Source: a virus (taxonomy: Duplodnaviria > Caudoviricetes). From it: a stretch of DNA of 64,000 nt. The position numbers were made by a program, and so were the translations under genes. Positions within the stretch are counted from its first letter, which is position 1, and each line of letters starts with the position of its first letter. The notes under the pieces were generated by a model. That model was given only the letters and a program-made list of their open reading frames with translations. It made no database searches and had not been told where the DNA came from. Below, piece by piece: positions 1-10,202 of the stretch. The stretch is taken from positions 73,974 through 137,973 of the IMG/VR virus record IMGVR_UViG_2974511964_000001. The stretch is one strand, 5' to 3'.

Positions 1-90
1 GATGGTTCTAAGGCAGCTGCAACTACGACAACCACAACTACTAAAAAGGTAGCCCCAACTACAACCACTACAACTACAGCGAGCAAATGA
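1..90 (+). CDS. 3' end of a Thr-rich (probably virion/tail) protein, partial
   Basis: Frame 1 reads DGSKAAATTTTTTTKKVAPTTTTTTTASK then TGA at 88-90. Confidence 0.6.
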   Translation, partial: DGSKAAATTTTTTTKKVAPTTTTTTTASK

Positions 91-232
91 TAACCCTGAT
101 GGGGGCCCATTTAAGATTTCTAAATCTTCTGTTTCGAGAGCATATATTAGCCCATCTTTAGTGGGCAGTGTAAAAACAACAGAAGGCTCAGCAACAATTA
201 ATGTCACACTAGAATAATTATTAAGGAGAGAA

Positions 233-625
233 TTGTTTATGGCAACTAAATTTGATGTGTACAATGATAATGATACTTTAGTAGTATCTGCCCAAGAATC
301 TCCGGTTACAGTAACTGGATTATCTCCAGATACCACATATACCGGTTGGTATGTAACGGTATCAGGACAAACTGCTAAGACTATTATTCCTGATTTCACA
401 ACTAAGTCATCTACTACGACAACTACAAGCACTACTTTAGATGTAACGACAACTACTAGTACAACTACTGTAAAACCAACTACTACAACTACCAGTACGA
501 CAACGGTAAAACCAACTACTACAACTACTAGTACGACAACGGTAAAACCGACTACGACTACTACAACTAGTACGACAACGGTAAAACCAACTACGACTAC
601 TACTAGTACGACAACAGTAGCGTAA
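233..625 (+). CDS. Ig/FN3-like virion protein with mucin-like Thr/Ser-rich repeat tail
   Basis: FN3-like VTVTGLSPDTTY motif followed by tandem KPTTTTTSTTTV repeats; AAGGAG RBS. Confidence 0.65.
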   Translation: MFMATKFDVYNDNDTLVVSAQESPVTVTGLSPDTTYTGWYVTVSGQTAKTIIPDFTTKSSTTTTTSTTLDVTTTTSTTTVKPTTTTTSTTTVKPTTTTTSTTTVKPTTTTTTSTTTVKPTTTTTSTTTVA

Positions 626-629
626 TTAA

Positions 630-1517
630 ATGAAGTATCTAACAAGCCAGAACGCAACTGTTAAGTTTAAATGGCAATTGTCCGTTTATATCACTAGTTT
701 GTTAGAAATTGGGGTTAATCCCAATGACATTGTAGTGCTGTTCTCGGACAGTGATAGCCATATTCCTAAATATATTAGGGACCATTACCATGTAGATGTA
801 CATGTGTATGAGGATAATCGAGAAGACAAAAGCTATATTCCTAGTATAAAGCCTTACTTGGTTTATCGTTATTTAGATGAGAATCCTTCTGCTAGACTAG
901 AGGATTATGTCTATACAGATTCTGATATAATTATCAGGGAGCCACTTGATTTTAGTCTGCTACCAGCTGACTGTAAAAATTGGTATGGTTCAGATTGTGG
1001 TGGATACCTTGATATGGGATACCTAAGTTATGTTGATAATTCTGAAAAGATTATTAATGCTATGCTAGAAATAGTTGGAATTACAATTGATGATGTTAAG
1101 AGTATTGATGCTAATTGTATTGGTGCTCAATATATCCTATCAAACCCTAGTCCTGAATACTTTAAGAAAGTATATCAAGACTCTTACAAACTATACCACG
1201 CAACCACAAGGATTGAGTCTAATTTTCAAAATTGGGTAGCAGAGATGTATGCTACTTTATGGAATATGCCTCTATTTGGTATTAACCCCCATATTAGTGA
1301 TGAGTTGGCCTTCACGTGGGGAACTGATAGTGCAGAGACATTCAAAGAGAACAAGATTTATCATGATGCTGGAGTAGTTGATGGTAACCAAGGATTGTTC
1401 TACAAAGGTAATTATAATATGAGAGAGCCTTTTGATGATGATTTCAGTTTCATCAGCAAAGATAAAGCATCTTATTATTATACTCAGTATATTAAAGCAA
1501 CTAAGCAATACTCATAA
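630..1517 (+). CDS. Glycosyltransferase (GT-A fold, resembling peptidyl O-glycosyltransferases)
   Basis: DxD motif in YTDSDIII; GAQY and WVAEMYA motifs; KPYL upstream. Confidence 0.6.
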   Translation: MKYLTSQNATVKFKWQLSVYITSLLEIGVNPNDIVVLFSDSDSHIPKYIRDHYHVDVHVYEDNREDKSYIPSIKPYLVYRYLDENPSARLEDYVYTDSDIIIREPLDFSLLPADCKNWYGSDCGGYLDMGYLSYVDNSEKIINAMLEIVGITIDDVKSIDANCIGAQYILSNPSPEYFKKVYQDSYKLYHATTRIESNFQNWVAEMYATLWNMPLFGINPHISDELAFTWGTDSAETFKENKIYHDAGVVDGNQGLFYKGNYNMREPFDDDFSFISKDKASYYYTQYIKATKQYS

Positions 1518-1518
1518 T

Positions 1519-1545
1519 AGGCCACCTTCAATAGGTGGCCTTTTT
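1519..1545 (+). terminator. Rho-independent terminator
   Basis: AGGCCACC-ttcaata-GGTGGCCT hairpin followed by a T run. Confidence 0.8.
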
Positions 1546-1591
1546 ACTACAAATATGATACAATTAAAATAATTAAGAAAGAGGTAATAAT

Positions 1592-3298
1592 ATGGCATAT
1601 TATGATAAGGAAACAAGCGATGAATTGAAAGATAAATTTAAAGATTTAGCTAAGCCAAATGGAGCAGATTTTTCAGGGCTCATAGACTACTTTGACAAAG
1701 GATTACAGGGTATGGATGACAAAGGCGACAAAGGCGATACAGCGGTTATTGGTGAAAATTCAGTAAATACCATTAATTTAGTTGATAAAGCATCCACATA
1801 TGCAAAAAGAACCGTGCTTGGCAATATCACATCAGTTAATTGCACAAAAAAACCAGCTAATTACGATACGGCAGCAGGGACTTTAACCATTTATAAAGGT
1901 ACGATTGTTACTCACGGCAAGGGAAATTTCGAAACTTCAGCAGATGTTGTTTTAGATGTGATTGGTACTGGAAGCCGACAAAAAAAAATAATGTTTGACA
2001 CAATAACTAATACTTTTTTTGCTTTACCTTATAATGATTATACAAGCGTGAATGATGAAAATTGTTTGTTTTTAGGAACTGTTAATAGCTATCCAGATAA
2101 CCAAACAATAAACTTGGTTTTCGATTGCACAATTGACGGCATTTATCCTACAGTTTCAAAAGAGAAATCAATACCGACAAAGAGTTTAAATATAAATTCA
2201 AGAGTTTCACGTATTATTTTAAACTCAAACGGTCAATTCCCTAATATGGATACGTCTAATAGAACATTAACTTTTTACAATGATACTATTTTGGTTTTGT
2301 CAACTGGTGAATATTATATTTTGCCTGAGACAGTTGTGGACTTAACTATTGACCCGTCCAGTGCTTTAAAAATATATTATGACACTTTCAACAAGGTTTT
2401 TACGGTAAGAGCCTATGGAAAACTAGTAAACGAAGATAATTGGATATTCGTTTGTGCGGTTAGAACATCTATTGGAGCATTATCTATCCCTTGTGCATAC
2501 AACGTAAACGGAAAGCCTTTTGGACTTACGATTCCTGATAGTGTAGTTAAGAATCCTCTAAATGCTCATGTTAAAGCAGTTTTACACAGAGGATATAACA
2601 CGGTAGCACCAGAAAACACTATTCCTGCATACGAGTTAGCCAAAAAAATGGGTTTTAGTTATGTTGAAACAGATGTTAAATGGACGAGTGATGGCGTACC
2701 CATCTTACTACATGACGGCACGGTAGACCGCACGTCTGACGGAACAGGAGCAATCGCTGATTTAACTTTTAGTTATGCGCGTTCGTTGGATTTCGGAAGC
2801 TGGAAAGGTAGTGAGTATGTAGGAACATTAATTCCCACTTTTGAAGAATTTATTTTGAGTTGTAAAAAATTAAACTTGCATCCTTATATTCACATCAATG
2901 AACTTGTGACAGTTGAAAAAGCACAGGAATTAGTCGGTATAGTTAGAAAACAAGGAATGATAAGAAATGTATCGTGGATAAGTTTTACCACTGCCGCATT
3001 AACAAATATTTGTACAGCGTACCCAAAATCGAGAATAGGCATGTTGTCGGGTACTTTTGATGGGACTATCTTAGATGATGCGAGAGCGTTAAAAACAACT
3101 GAAAACGATGTTTTCCTAGATGTAGACACTCCAGCATTAACAAAAGAAATGATTGAAGCTGCTTTATCGGAAGACATCTACGTAGAAACATATACGGTGG
3201 ATTATAGTAATCTTGTGGAAGGTTATGTAAATATGGGGGTTAGTGGTATCACTACGAATAGCCTAAATATTGCCGAGATACTAGGCAACACATATTAA
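1592..3298 (+). CDS. Tail-associated glycerophosphodiester phosphodiesterase (GDPD)
   Basis: C-terminal HRG..APENT..ETDV..DGVPILLHD GDPD motifs; short GDKGDKGD collagen-like stub near the N-terminus. Confidence 0.85.
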   Translation: MAYYDKETSDELKDKFKDLAKPNGADFSGLIDYFDKGLQGMDDKGDKGDTAVIGENSVNTINLVDKASTYAKRTVLGNITSVNCTKKPANYDTAAGTLTIYKGTIVTHGKGNFETSADVVLDVIGTGSRQKKIMFDTITNTFFALPYNDYTSVNDENCLFLGTVNSYPDNQTINLVFDCTIDGIYPTVSKEKSIPTKSLNINSRVSRIILNSNGQFPNMDTSNRTLTFYNDTILVLSTGEYYILPETVVDLTIDPSSALKIYYDTFNKVFTVRAYGKLVNEDNWIFVCAVRTSIGALSIPCAYNVNGKPFGLTIPDSVVKNPLNAHVKAVLHRGYNTVAPENTIPAYELAKKMGFSYVETDVKWTSDGVPILLHDGTVDRTSDGTGAIADLTFSYARSLDFGSWKGSEYVGTLIPTFEEFILSCKKLNLHPYIHINELVTVEKAQELVGIVRKQGMIRNVSWISFTTAALTNICTAYPKSRIGMLSGTFDGTILDDARALKTTENDVFLDVDTPALTKEMIEAALSEDIYVETYTVDYSNLVEGYVNMGVSGITTNSLNIAEILGNTY

Positions 3299-3497
3299 AT
3301 AATGGTTAACCAAGGTGGTTTAGATTATCACGTTCATTGCAAAGAAACCACAGACATGCCGTATTCCATGGCGCCAGAAGACATGTTAAATTAGGAGGTA
3401 GACAATTGAATAAGCACAAATTAAAGGTACTGTTATATAGCCAATAACATTTACAGATGTTATTGAACAGTATGTATCTTCCTAAAGGAGAATAACA

Positions 3498-3995
3498 ATG
3501 GATATTTTAATTAATAAATGGTTCTTAATTGTAGAAATAACCTATATCTTAACAGTATTCTTTGAATACTTGTCTACAATTACTGCTATCAGAAATGCTG
3601 ATAGTTATGCTAGGCAAGTGGGTAATGAACTTACTAGTGATGTCATTAAGAAAGGTATCAAGTTTGGGTTTATAATGGAGGGACTAGTAGGAGCAATCCT
3701 ATCAGGTGGGTTAACTGCTTTTATTATTGCCGAGAAGGGTACCTTTACGTCTTTTGAATACGTGGTGTTTTACTTTGTTGGCTTATTTATATCATTATTT
3801 ATTCGTAACTATATCTATTCTTGGGTAACGAATGCTTATTCAGACAGACAAGTTAAGCGAATGAAGAATGCACAGGCTAAGATTATCAAGGAAGCCCAGA
3901 AAGACGTTGCTAATGGGTCTTTATCACCTGAACAGTTAGAACATCTTATGGACTTAACTTCTGGGAAGGCACGTGATAGCCAATGGCGGAAATAA
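3498..3995 (+). CDS. Membrane protein (about 3 TM segments)
   Basis: Hydrophobic segments; AAAGGAG RBS. Confidence 0.6.
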   Translation: MDILINKWFLIVEITYILTVFFEYLSTITAIRNADSYARQVGNELTSDVIKKGIKFGFIMEGLVGAILSGGLTAFIIAEKGTFTSFEYVVFYFVGLFISLFIRNYIYSWVTNAYSDRQVKRMKNAQAKIIKEAQKDVANGSLSPEQLEHLMDLTSGKARDSQWRK

Positions 3996-4561
3996 GTACA
4001 GTTAAAGCAGGAGTAGTAATGATAAATTCTAATCCTTACTATTATGTGGAGGAAATTAGTGTACAAGGTGCCAGTGTTCCCTATTTAGCAGTTTATGAAA
4101 TTAGTAAGGAGTCTTTGTCTCAATATGCCATAAGTAAAGACCTATCAGTGATATATAAGAAAGTTGTTCATCGTCAGGTTGACAAAACTAGAGTTATTGG
4201 CCTAACAAAATTATCAAAGTTAGTTACTAAGGGTAAAGATAAGATTACTGAAAAGCATACACAAACTCTGGTAGCAAAACCTCTTTTCCTAGCAGAGGAA
4301 GAACCCGGAATTGATTCATTTACTAATGAATATGGAATGGGATTTATGGAATACGTGAAGAACCCCGATGAAATTCTAAGAGCAAACATAAGTAATCAAA
4401 AAGATATGCCACCAGCAACAGTTCCTACTGGAGTATTTATCAGTGTAAAGCATATTGCATGGCAGAAGCAGTATATTCCAATTGCAGGACTAGTTGGCTA
4501 TCTGTCCGATTTAATTGATAATACTTTTGGGATGCCTTCAATTGATGTATTTGGGGGCTAG
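3983..4561 (+). CDS. Hypothetical phage protein
   Basis: 192-aa ORF in operon. Confidence 0.6.
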   Translation: MAEISTVKAGVVMINSNPYYYVEEISVQGASVPYLAVYEISKESLSQYAISKDLSVIYKKVVHRQVDKTRVIGLTKLSKLVTKGKDKITEKHTQTLVAKPLFLAEEEPGIDSFTNEYGMGFMEYVKNPDEILRANISNQKDMPPATVPTGVFISVKHIAWQKQYIPIAGLVGYLSDLIDNTFGMPSIDVFGG

Positions 4562-4564
4562 CTT

Positions 4565-5335
4565 ATGGCTCGTATTATGGAAGATGACGTCAAACAAGCT
4601 ATTCTTAGCAACCGTCATTTGTTATCTGGATTAGGTGATTTAGGAGATACCAAAGTTATATTTGAAAAGGGCATGAATTATGGTAACTTAATAGCTGATG
4701 CTATTGCTTTTACTCAAAAACAAGGAATCATTGGTTACGAGATTAAGACAGAGTATGACACGTTAAAAAGACTGCCAAAACAGTTGGATAGCTATGTTAG
4801 AGTATGCAACTATGTTATTGTTTTCTGTCATGATTCTAAGTTAGAGGAAGTAGAAAAGCTATTGGCTAGTAAGAACTATCCATTTGTCGGAATCATTAGT
4901 TATTCAGAATTTAATGATGATATCATTACTGGTATGTATCGGGCTCCTCAAATTAACCCTTTATTTAAGATGAAAGCCTGCCTGTCGATGCTTTGGAAAA
5001 ACGAAATATATGCCATTTTGTCGGCCTATGTTAATCATCCGAGCAACGTGGTTAAGAATACCTATAATGAGAAGGCTACTAATGTTCATACAGCTATGCT
5101 AAGTAGAAATTCTCAGTATGGCGTGTTAAGGCGTGATATGACTAAGAGAGCAATGATTTCACTGTACGATAACCTGATTCCAGAGAATGAAGGTATCCGA
5201 ATTATTTGTGAGATGTTTATCACTGAAAAGTTTGACCCTAATAAAAATTTACAGTTATACAATTATGGTGACCAGTTCACCCATGATGTAACCTTTAAAG
5301 ATGGCTACAATAAGCATAACAGGAGAAGACACTAA
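4565..5335 (+). CDS. PD-(D/E)xK nuclease-like protein (sce7726-like)
   Basis: IADAIAF..GYEIKTEYDTLKRLPKQLDSY motif. Confidence 0.65.
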   Translation: MARIMEDDVKQAILSNRHLLSGLGDLGDTKVIFEKGMNYGNLIADAIAFTQKQGIIGYEIKTEYDTLKRLPKQLDSYVRVCNYVIVFCHDSKLEEVEKLLASKNYPFVGIISYSEFNDDIITGMYRAPQINPLFKMKACLSMLWKNEIYAILSAYVNHPSNVVKNTYNEKATNVHTAMLSRNSQYGVLRRDMTKRAMISLYDNLIPENEGIRIICEMFITEKFDPNKNLQLYNYGDQFTHDVTFKDGYNKHNRRRH

Positions 5336-5428
5336 ATTGTCTTCTCTTTTTTATTTTAAATAAGTGTTGACATTGGTGTTATTGAACTGTATACTAAGCT
5401 TATTAAATAAAGGAAGAGGTAACATAAT

Positions 5429-7051
5429 ATGAAAAAATTTGATACCCAAAATAATAAGCGAGCATACATTGATTCATTGATTGAGCAACAAGACTACATT
5501 GACCCTAGGTACAATATTCATCTGTTTTCTAAGGAACGTGGTGTATACTCTGGGGTTGTTCGTTCGTTAGAGTCGCGTTCAGGCCAAGTAGACCGATTTA
5601 AGTATTACGGGTTTATTATTAACTTCCCAGAGACTTACTTTAGTTTAGAAGGTATCTCAGGTAAGAAATTAGCTAATAATGCTAAGAACTTAGGTGATGT
5701 ATTTAGTAACTCCGAAGCTTTATCAGAACAGGGGTTAAATATGCTAGTAGTTGTTGGTAATTGTCTGGCTAATATGGGTGATGAATACAGTGATAACTTA
5801 GGACGAGGCATCTATCGAGCAATTAAAAAATATCCAGCTTCTGAGCAAGTTTATATCAATTTTAAGGAACATACTAATTCTTACTTTATTCGTAGTGTAC
5901 AATCATTAGATAATGCTAAGCACCGTGAATATATTAGTGCCAATGGAAATGATGAGGGCTATACTTTTAATCTACGTAAGGCGTGGGGAGTTAGTAAAGG
6001 TAACTTCAAGTTGCTAAAGGACATGGGATACCGTGACGGTGTAGAGGTGTATGGTGACAGCAACAAGAACTTTAATCAACGGTTATCTTTACTACGATTA
6101 GCACGTACCTATGCTCATGAAGTAGATGATGAACGAGGTTATCATGACGCCGATAAGTGGTTCAAAAGTTTATACGAGGAGTTCATGGATAATCCTTATA
6201 GGACGGTAGACCAGCACGACGATGATTTCTTCTGGTATAGTGTGCCTAATATTTATCAAGCTTCGATGTTAGCTACTAATGATAAACAAGCGTGGATGCA
6301 TACGGTTAAATACTTTTATGGTAGCTTATACCACCAACAAGCAATTGATAGCGTTAGAGGGGCTGGGCGCTTGTATCTAGACTATGCTGACTTAGTTAAA
6401 GATTTCGATAGTTGGGTGCGTTACCCTCGTTACTTAAAAGTAGCTCATGATATTGCTATTCGTAATACACATGCTTTACACAACTTTGAAGATAATCATG
6501 GTATTATCAATAAGTACCACAAGTATAACCATCTTGAAGGCACTAATGGCGACTACAGCTTTATGCTAGCCTACGATGCGAAAGAAATTGTTGATGAAGG
6601 CCAACAACAAAGTAACTGTGTGGCAGGGTATGTTGATAGTGTTGCTACTGGTCAATCCTTGATTATGTTCTTACGTAAGGAGCAAGCTAAGTCATGGGTC
6701 ACTATTGAACTACGTCAGAATAATGATAATACGCTGACAATGTGTCAAGTGTTTGAACCATTTAATGCACCTTTGCATGATGAATCAAAACAGGCTTTAC
6801 ACGCATGGGCTAAGTTAAATAATATTAATATTGCTAAGAGCATTGGTGGTTGCAGTGATACTACTGGATGGGATAAGCAGTATAAGAAGCAATTCCGTGT
6901 AATGCAACCTCTAGCTGATAGCCCTCGTATGGATAAGGTTAAAAAAGAGATGGCTGAATACCAGAAGCAAGTAGAAGCTAATAAGGACGAAAAGGCTAAG
7001 TTAACCAGTAAGTTTGAAGAAGTCAATGCAAAAATTAAAAAAGCAGTTTAA
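5429..7051 (+). CDS. PcfJ-like domain protein
   Basis: C-terminal EGQQQSNCVAGY..IMFLRK..VTIEL motif; own TTGACA/TATACT promoter. Confidence 0.65.
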   Translation: MKKFDTQNNKRAYIDSLIEQQDYIDPRYNIHLFSKERGVYSGVVRSLESRSGQVDRFKYYGFIINFPETYFSLEGISGKKLANNAKNLGDVFSNSEALSEQGLNMLVVVGNCLANMGDEYSDNLGRGIYRAIKKYPASEQVYINFKEHTNSYFIRSVQSLDNAKHREYISANGNDEGYTFNLRKAWGVSKGNFKLLKDMGYRDGVEVYGDSNKNFNQRLSLLRLARTYAHEVDDERGYHDADKWFKSLYEEFMDNPYRTVDQHDDDFFWYSVPNIYQASMLATNDKQAWMHTVKYFYGSLYHQQAIDSVRGAGRLYLDYADLVKDFDSWVRYPRYLKVAHDIAIRNTHALHNFEDNHGIINKYHKYNHLEGTNGDYSFMLAYDAKEIVDEGQQQSNCVAGYVDSVATGQSLIMFLRKEQAKSWVTIELRQNNDNTLTMCQVFEPFNAPLHDESKQALHAWAKLNNINIAKSIGGCSDTTGWDKQYKKQFRVMQPLADSPRMDKVKKEMAEYQKQVEANKDEKAKLTSKFEEVNAKIKKAV

Positions 7052-7114
7052 GCTTGCATTATCCAAACTAGTATGTTATGATTAGTTCATCAAATGAAGA
7101 GGAGATTTTAAATT

Positions 7115-8437
7115 ATGAAATTTGTTAATCAAAGTGCACCAGTAACCACTAAGAAGTTGGCTGTAGGGTCATTAGTTATTGAAAATATTGGAAAACGTTT
7201 GTCACCGGATTCAGTAGCCGGGCTAAAGGTAGATGACTACCATGTACTAGCATTGGGCGATAATGAAGCTAAGTTAGTGAAAATTGAAGATGGCGTTGAC
7301 AATCACTTTAAGGTAACCGTAGACCCTAACCGAGTAGGTATCGGTTTAGAACCATCAGTTATGGATATTATCAATAATCGCATGGCAACGTCTACTTATA
7401 CAGACCATTCCTTAGATTTTCCAGACACTGATGATGACTTGTACACACAAGTAAAGGATTCAGTACCAATGCCGATTGATAAGGAACCCTCAACCTTAGA
7501 CCAGTTAGTAGCCATTGTTAGTGATTTTTCAGTTACAAAGTATGGTCGTTTATCTAAGTTGGCAAAATTACGAGATGTAGCTGATACCTCAGATGTAGCT
7601 GAATTGATTGATGGAGCTATCAAGGATTTAAAGGGTAAGCATATGAGTGCCAGTGATATTGCGGATAAGTACAAGGCACTAGCTAATGATTTACAAGCTA
7701 ATTGCAACGATGATGATAGTGATGACGAACCCGTAACTAAACCTAATTACAAGAGAGCTATTCACTCAGCAGGGGAAGCAATTGCTAAGGCGGTATCTAG
7801 TTTTAATACATCTAAGGTAAGCGAAACCTTATCTAAGCTAGCCGAAGAAGCCAAGACTACCAAATTAGACACTAAAGACCTAGAAAATGATGACTACTTA
7901 AAGTTCTTAGATAAGTATTTTTCAGAATTAAAGAATAGTAAGTTGTCTAATAGCGAAATTGTAGCCTACCTTGATAAGTTGCAATTAGATGATGAATACT
8001 TGCAAAAAGGTATTAGTAATCTAAAGGATAAAATTAAAGAAGGCACCGAAGACGCTGGTAAGATGCTAGAATTGGCTAAAGATGAATTGGACTCTCAATT
8101 CCAATTACGATTAGGGTTAGATAAGCTAATGTCATTATTAGGGTTTGAAAAAGAGGATGATTCCAAAGATGACGATGACGACCTCACTGATGATGATGAT
8201 GATACCTTATTAGAATTGTTTGATGAAGTTTTTGACTCATATTATAAAGAAGGTGCTCCTAGCGATGAAGAAGCTAAGTTGCTTGTTCGGGTACTAACGA
8301 CCGCTGGGTATATTGAAGATGACGACTTATACAAGTTCACTAAGAAAGTTATCTATAAGCTTACCGAAGATGATTATAAAGATAATGCTGAAAAAGTAAT
8401 GGCTGATTTAGCAGAAGAATACGAACAAAAGTTTTAA
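7115..8437 (+). CDS. Acidic hypothetical protein
   Basis: 440-aa ORF with Asp-rich tracts; terminator at about 8445-8467. Confidence 0.65.
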   Translation: MKFVNQSAPVTTKKLAVGSLVIENIGKRLSPDSVAGLKVDDYHVLALGDNEAKLVKIEDGVDNHFKVTVDPNRVGIGLEPSVMDIINNRMATSTYTDHSLDFPDTDDDLYTQVKDSVPMPIDKEPSTLDQLVAIVSDFSVTKYGRLSKLAKLRDVADTSDVAELIDGAIKDLKGKHMSASDIADKYKALANDLQANCNDDDSDDEPVTKPNYKRAIHSAGEAIAKAVSSFNTSKVSETLSKLAEEAKTTKLDTKDLENDDYLKFLDKYFSELKNSKLSNSEIVAYLDKLQLDDEYLQKGISNLKDKIKEGTEDAGKMLELAKDELDSQFQLRLGLDKLMSLLGFEKEDDSKDDDDDLTDDDDDTLLELFDEVFDSYYKEGAPSDEEAKLLVRVLTTAGYIEDDDLYKFTKKVIYKLTEDDYKDNAEKVMADLAEEYEQKF

Positions 8438-8536
8438 TTAAATTGAGCCTGATGAGGGCTCTTTTTATTACATATAATATTGACACTAACATCTTAGTAT
8501 GATATGATATACCTATAAACAATAGGAGGGATTAAT

Positions 8537-9133
8537 ATGAACTTGAATTTGGAAACTGAGGAGCTAAAAACATTATTACCACATTGCAAAGTAACTGATG
8601 ATTATGTTGCTTTCTTCTCAGATAAAAGTGTGTTTAGCAATGGGTATGATTGTGAGTTTAACTATGATGACAAGGGCGTACATAGCGCTCAACAAGCCTT
8701 AGTATATGGAAAAGCTTTATTGTTGGGAGATTACTCCATAGCAGAAAAGGTATTAGATACTAAGAATACCCCTATGGCTTATCACAACCTAAACAAGCAG
8801 ATTAATGGTGATGTTAACTTATGGGAAAATTATCGTAGTCGAGTAATGATTTCTATTTTAGACGATAAGTTTAATGATAGCGAACGTCTATACTTGCTTA
8901 AAGCTACTGGTAACCGTAAGCTGTTACTAGCATCCCCTTATGATAGCATTTGGGGTATTGGTGCCGGTCTTAGCAAGGTAGATACGGTATGGGATAGTTA
9001 TACTGGTAAAAACTTGTTGGGTGAGTCTTTGATGAAAGTACGCAACAATAACTACAAATCATGGCCGGTATTCACTGCTCAAACACAGGAAGCTGATATT
9101 TATAGTACCTCTGCTAGCTTGCTGTCATACTAA
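8537..9133 (+). CDS. NADAR (YbiA-like) family protein
   Basis: ASPYDSIWGIG and GKNLLGESLMKVR motifs. Confidence 0.85.
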   Translation: MNLNLETEELKTLLPHCKVTDDYVAFFSDKSVFSNGYDCEFNYDDKGVHSAQQALVYGKALLLGDYSIAEKVLDTKNTPMAYHNLNKQINGDVNLWENYRSRVMISILDDKFNDSERLYLLKATGNRKLLLASPYDSIWGIGAGLSKVDTVWDSYTGKNLLGESLMKVRNNNYKSWPVFTAQTQEADIYSTSASLLSY

Positions 9134-9143
9134 GGAGGGTACT

Positions 9144-9641
9144 ATGAAACCACTCATAATTGCGGTATTGATAACCTTTTACTGTATTGCCTTAGCACTT
9201 AGCTGGTGTACAGCCCTCGAACGTTTTGCTAATCCTAATAACGAGGTAGGACAGTCACTGTTAGACAGTTCAATAGCAATGCTCATAGCTACAGTAGCAA
9301 CACTGTATCTTCTAATTGGTGGCAGTGTGGTATCGTCAAGAACTGTGCATACTAGTTATCCAATTGATAGGGTTGCTAGAACGGGTGACTATGTAACTGT
9401 TGCTGCTAAGGGGCATAAGGATATTAGAATTGACCTAAGTAAAACTAAGTCGGAGCCCTATAGTGATAAGGATGTTGTTAGAATTACTGATGAACAATAT
9501 ATCACTAGTGTTAAACTGTTCCAAGCTATGTTTGGCAGCGAGGTACTCGGGCACGATAAACATTATTCAGTATACCTAGATGGTCCAGACACTATTAGAG
9601 ATTTATACAGCACAGGCAAGGGGTTCACACATACTAATTAA
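9144..9641 (+). CDS. Membrane protein (paralogue of 9654-10130)
   Basis: Two N-terminal TM segments; similar layout and C-terminal YSVYL motif to the next ORF. Confidence 0.6.
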   Translation: MKPLIIAVLITFYCIALALSWCTALERFANPNNEVGQSLLDSSIAMLIATVATLYLLIGGSVVSSRTVHTSYPIDRVARTGDYVTVAAKGHKDIRIDLSKTKSEPYSDKDVVRITDEQYITSVKLFQAMFGSEVLGHDKHYSVYLDGPDTIRDLYSTGKGFTHTN

Positions 9642-9653
9642 GGAGGTTAAATT

Positions 9654-10130
9654 TTGGCATTTATAATTGTAGTAGCTATGATTGCATATTGTATAGTTTT
9701 ATCGTTTAGTTGGTATAATGCTATTGGATATCTTAAGGACCCTCATAGTGGCGACTTTGAAGATATTCTGATTGGCTTAACAGTAGTTACATCAATAGTT
9801 TTAATGTTTGTTGTAAGTCTTTCAGTGCTTTATGACAGAGATGTTAGTACAAGCATCAGAATTACTGAGGTAGCTAAAGTTGGTAATCGAGTGACTGCTA
9901 TCCATAACGGCGCTGAAATAACTAAAGTTAATATTGACAAGGTTAAGATAAGTGAGAATAATCATGACTATGTAAAGGTTGAAAATAGCCAGAAAATCAT
10001 GCGGAGTAAAACGATGCAAGCTATAAAAGGTTCTAAAATACTAACACAGGATAAGGAATATACTGTTTATCTAGGTAATAGAAGTACCCTAAATGAATTA
10101 GGAATAAGGGTTCATAAAAGTAATAAATAA
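9654..10130 (+). CDS. Membrane protein (paralogue of 9144-9641)
   Basis: Two TM segments; YTVYL motif. Confidence 0.6.
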   Translation: MAFIIVVAMIAYCIVLSFSWYNAIGYLKDPHSGDFEDILIGLTVVTSIVLMFVVSLSVLYDRDVSTSIRITEVAKVGNRVTAIHNGAEITKVNIDKVKISENNHDYVKVENSQKIMRSKTMQAIKGSKILTQDKEYTVYLGNRSTLNELGIRVHKSNK

Positions 10131-10202
10131 GTATTGACAAAGGGTGCTTTAACTGGTACCCTTATATACATAAACAAATACAATGAGAGTAGATGACAAC
10201 TG

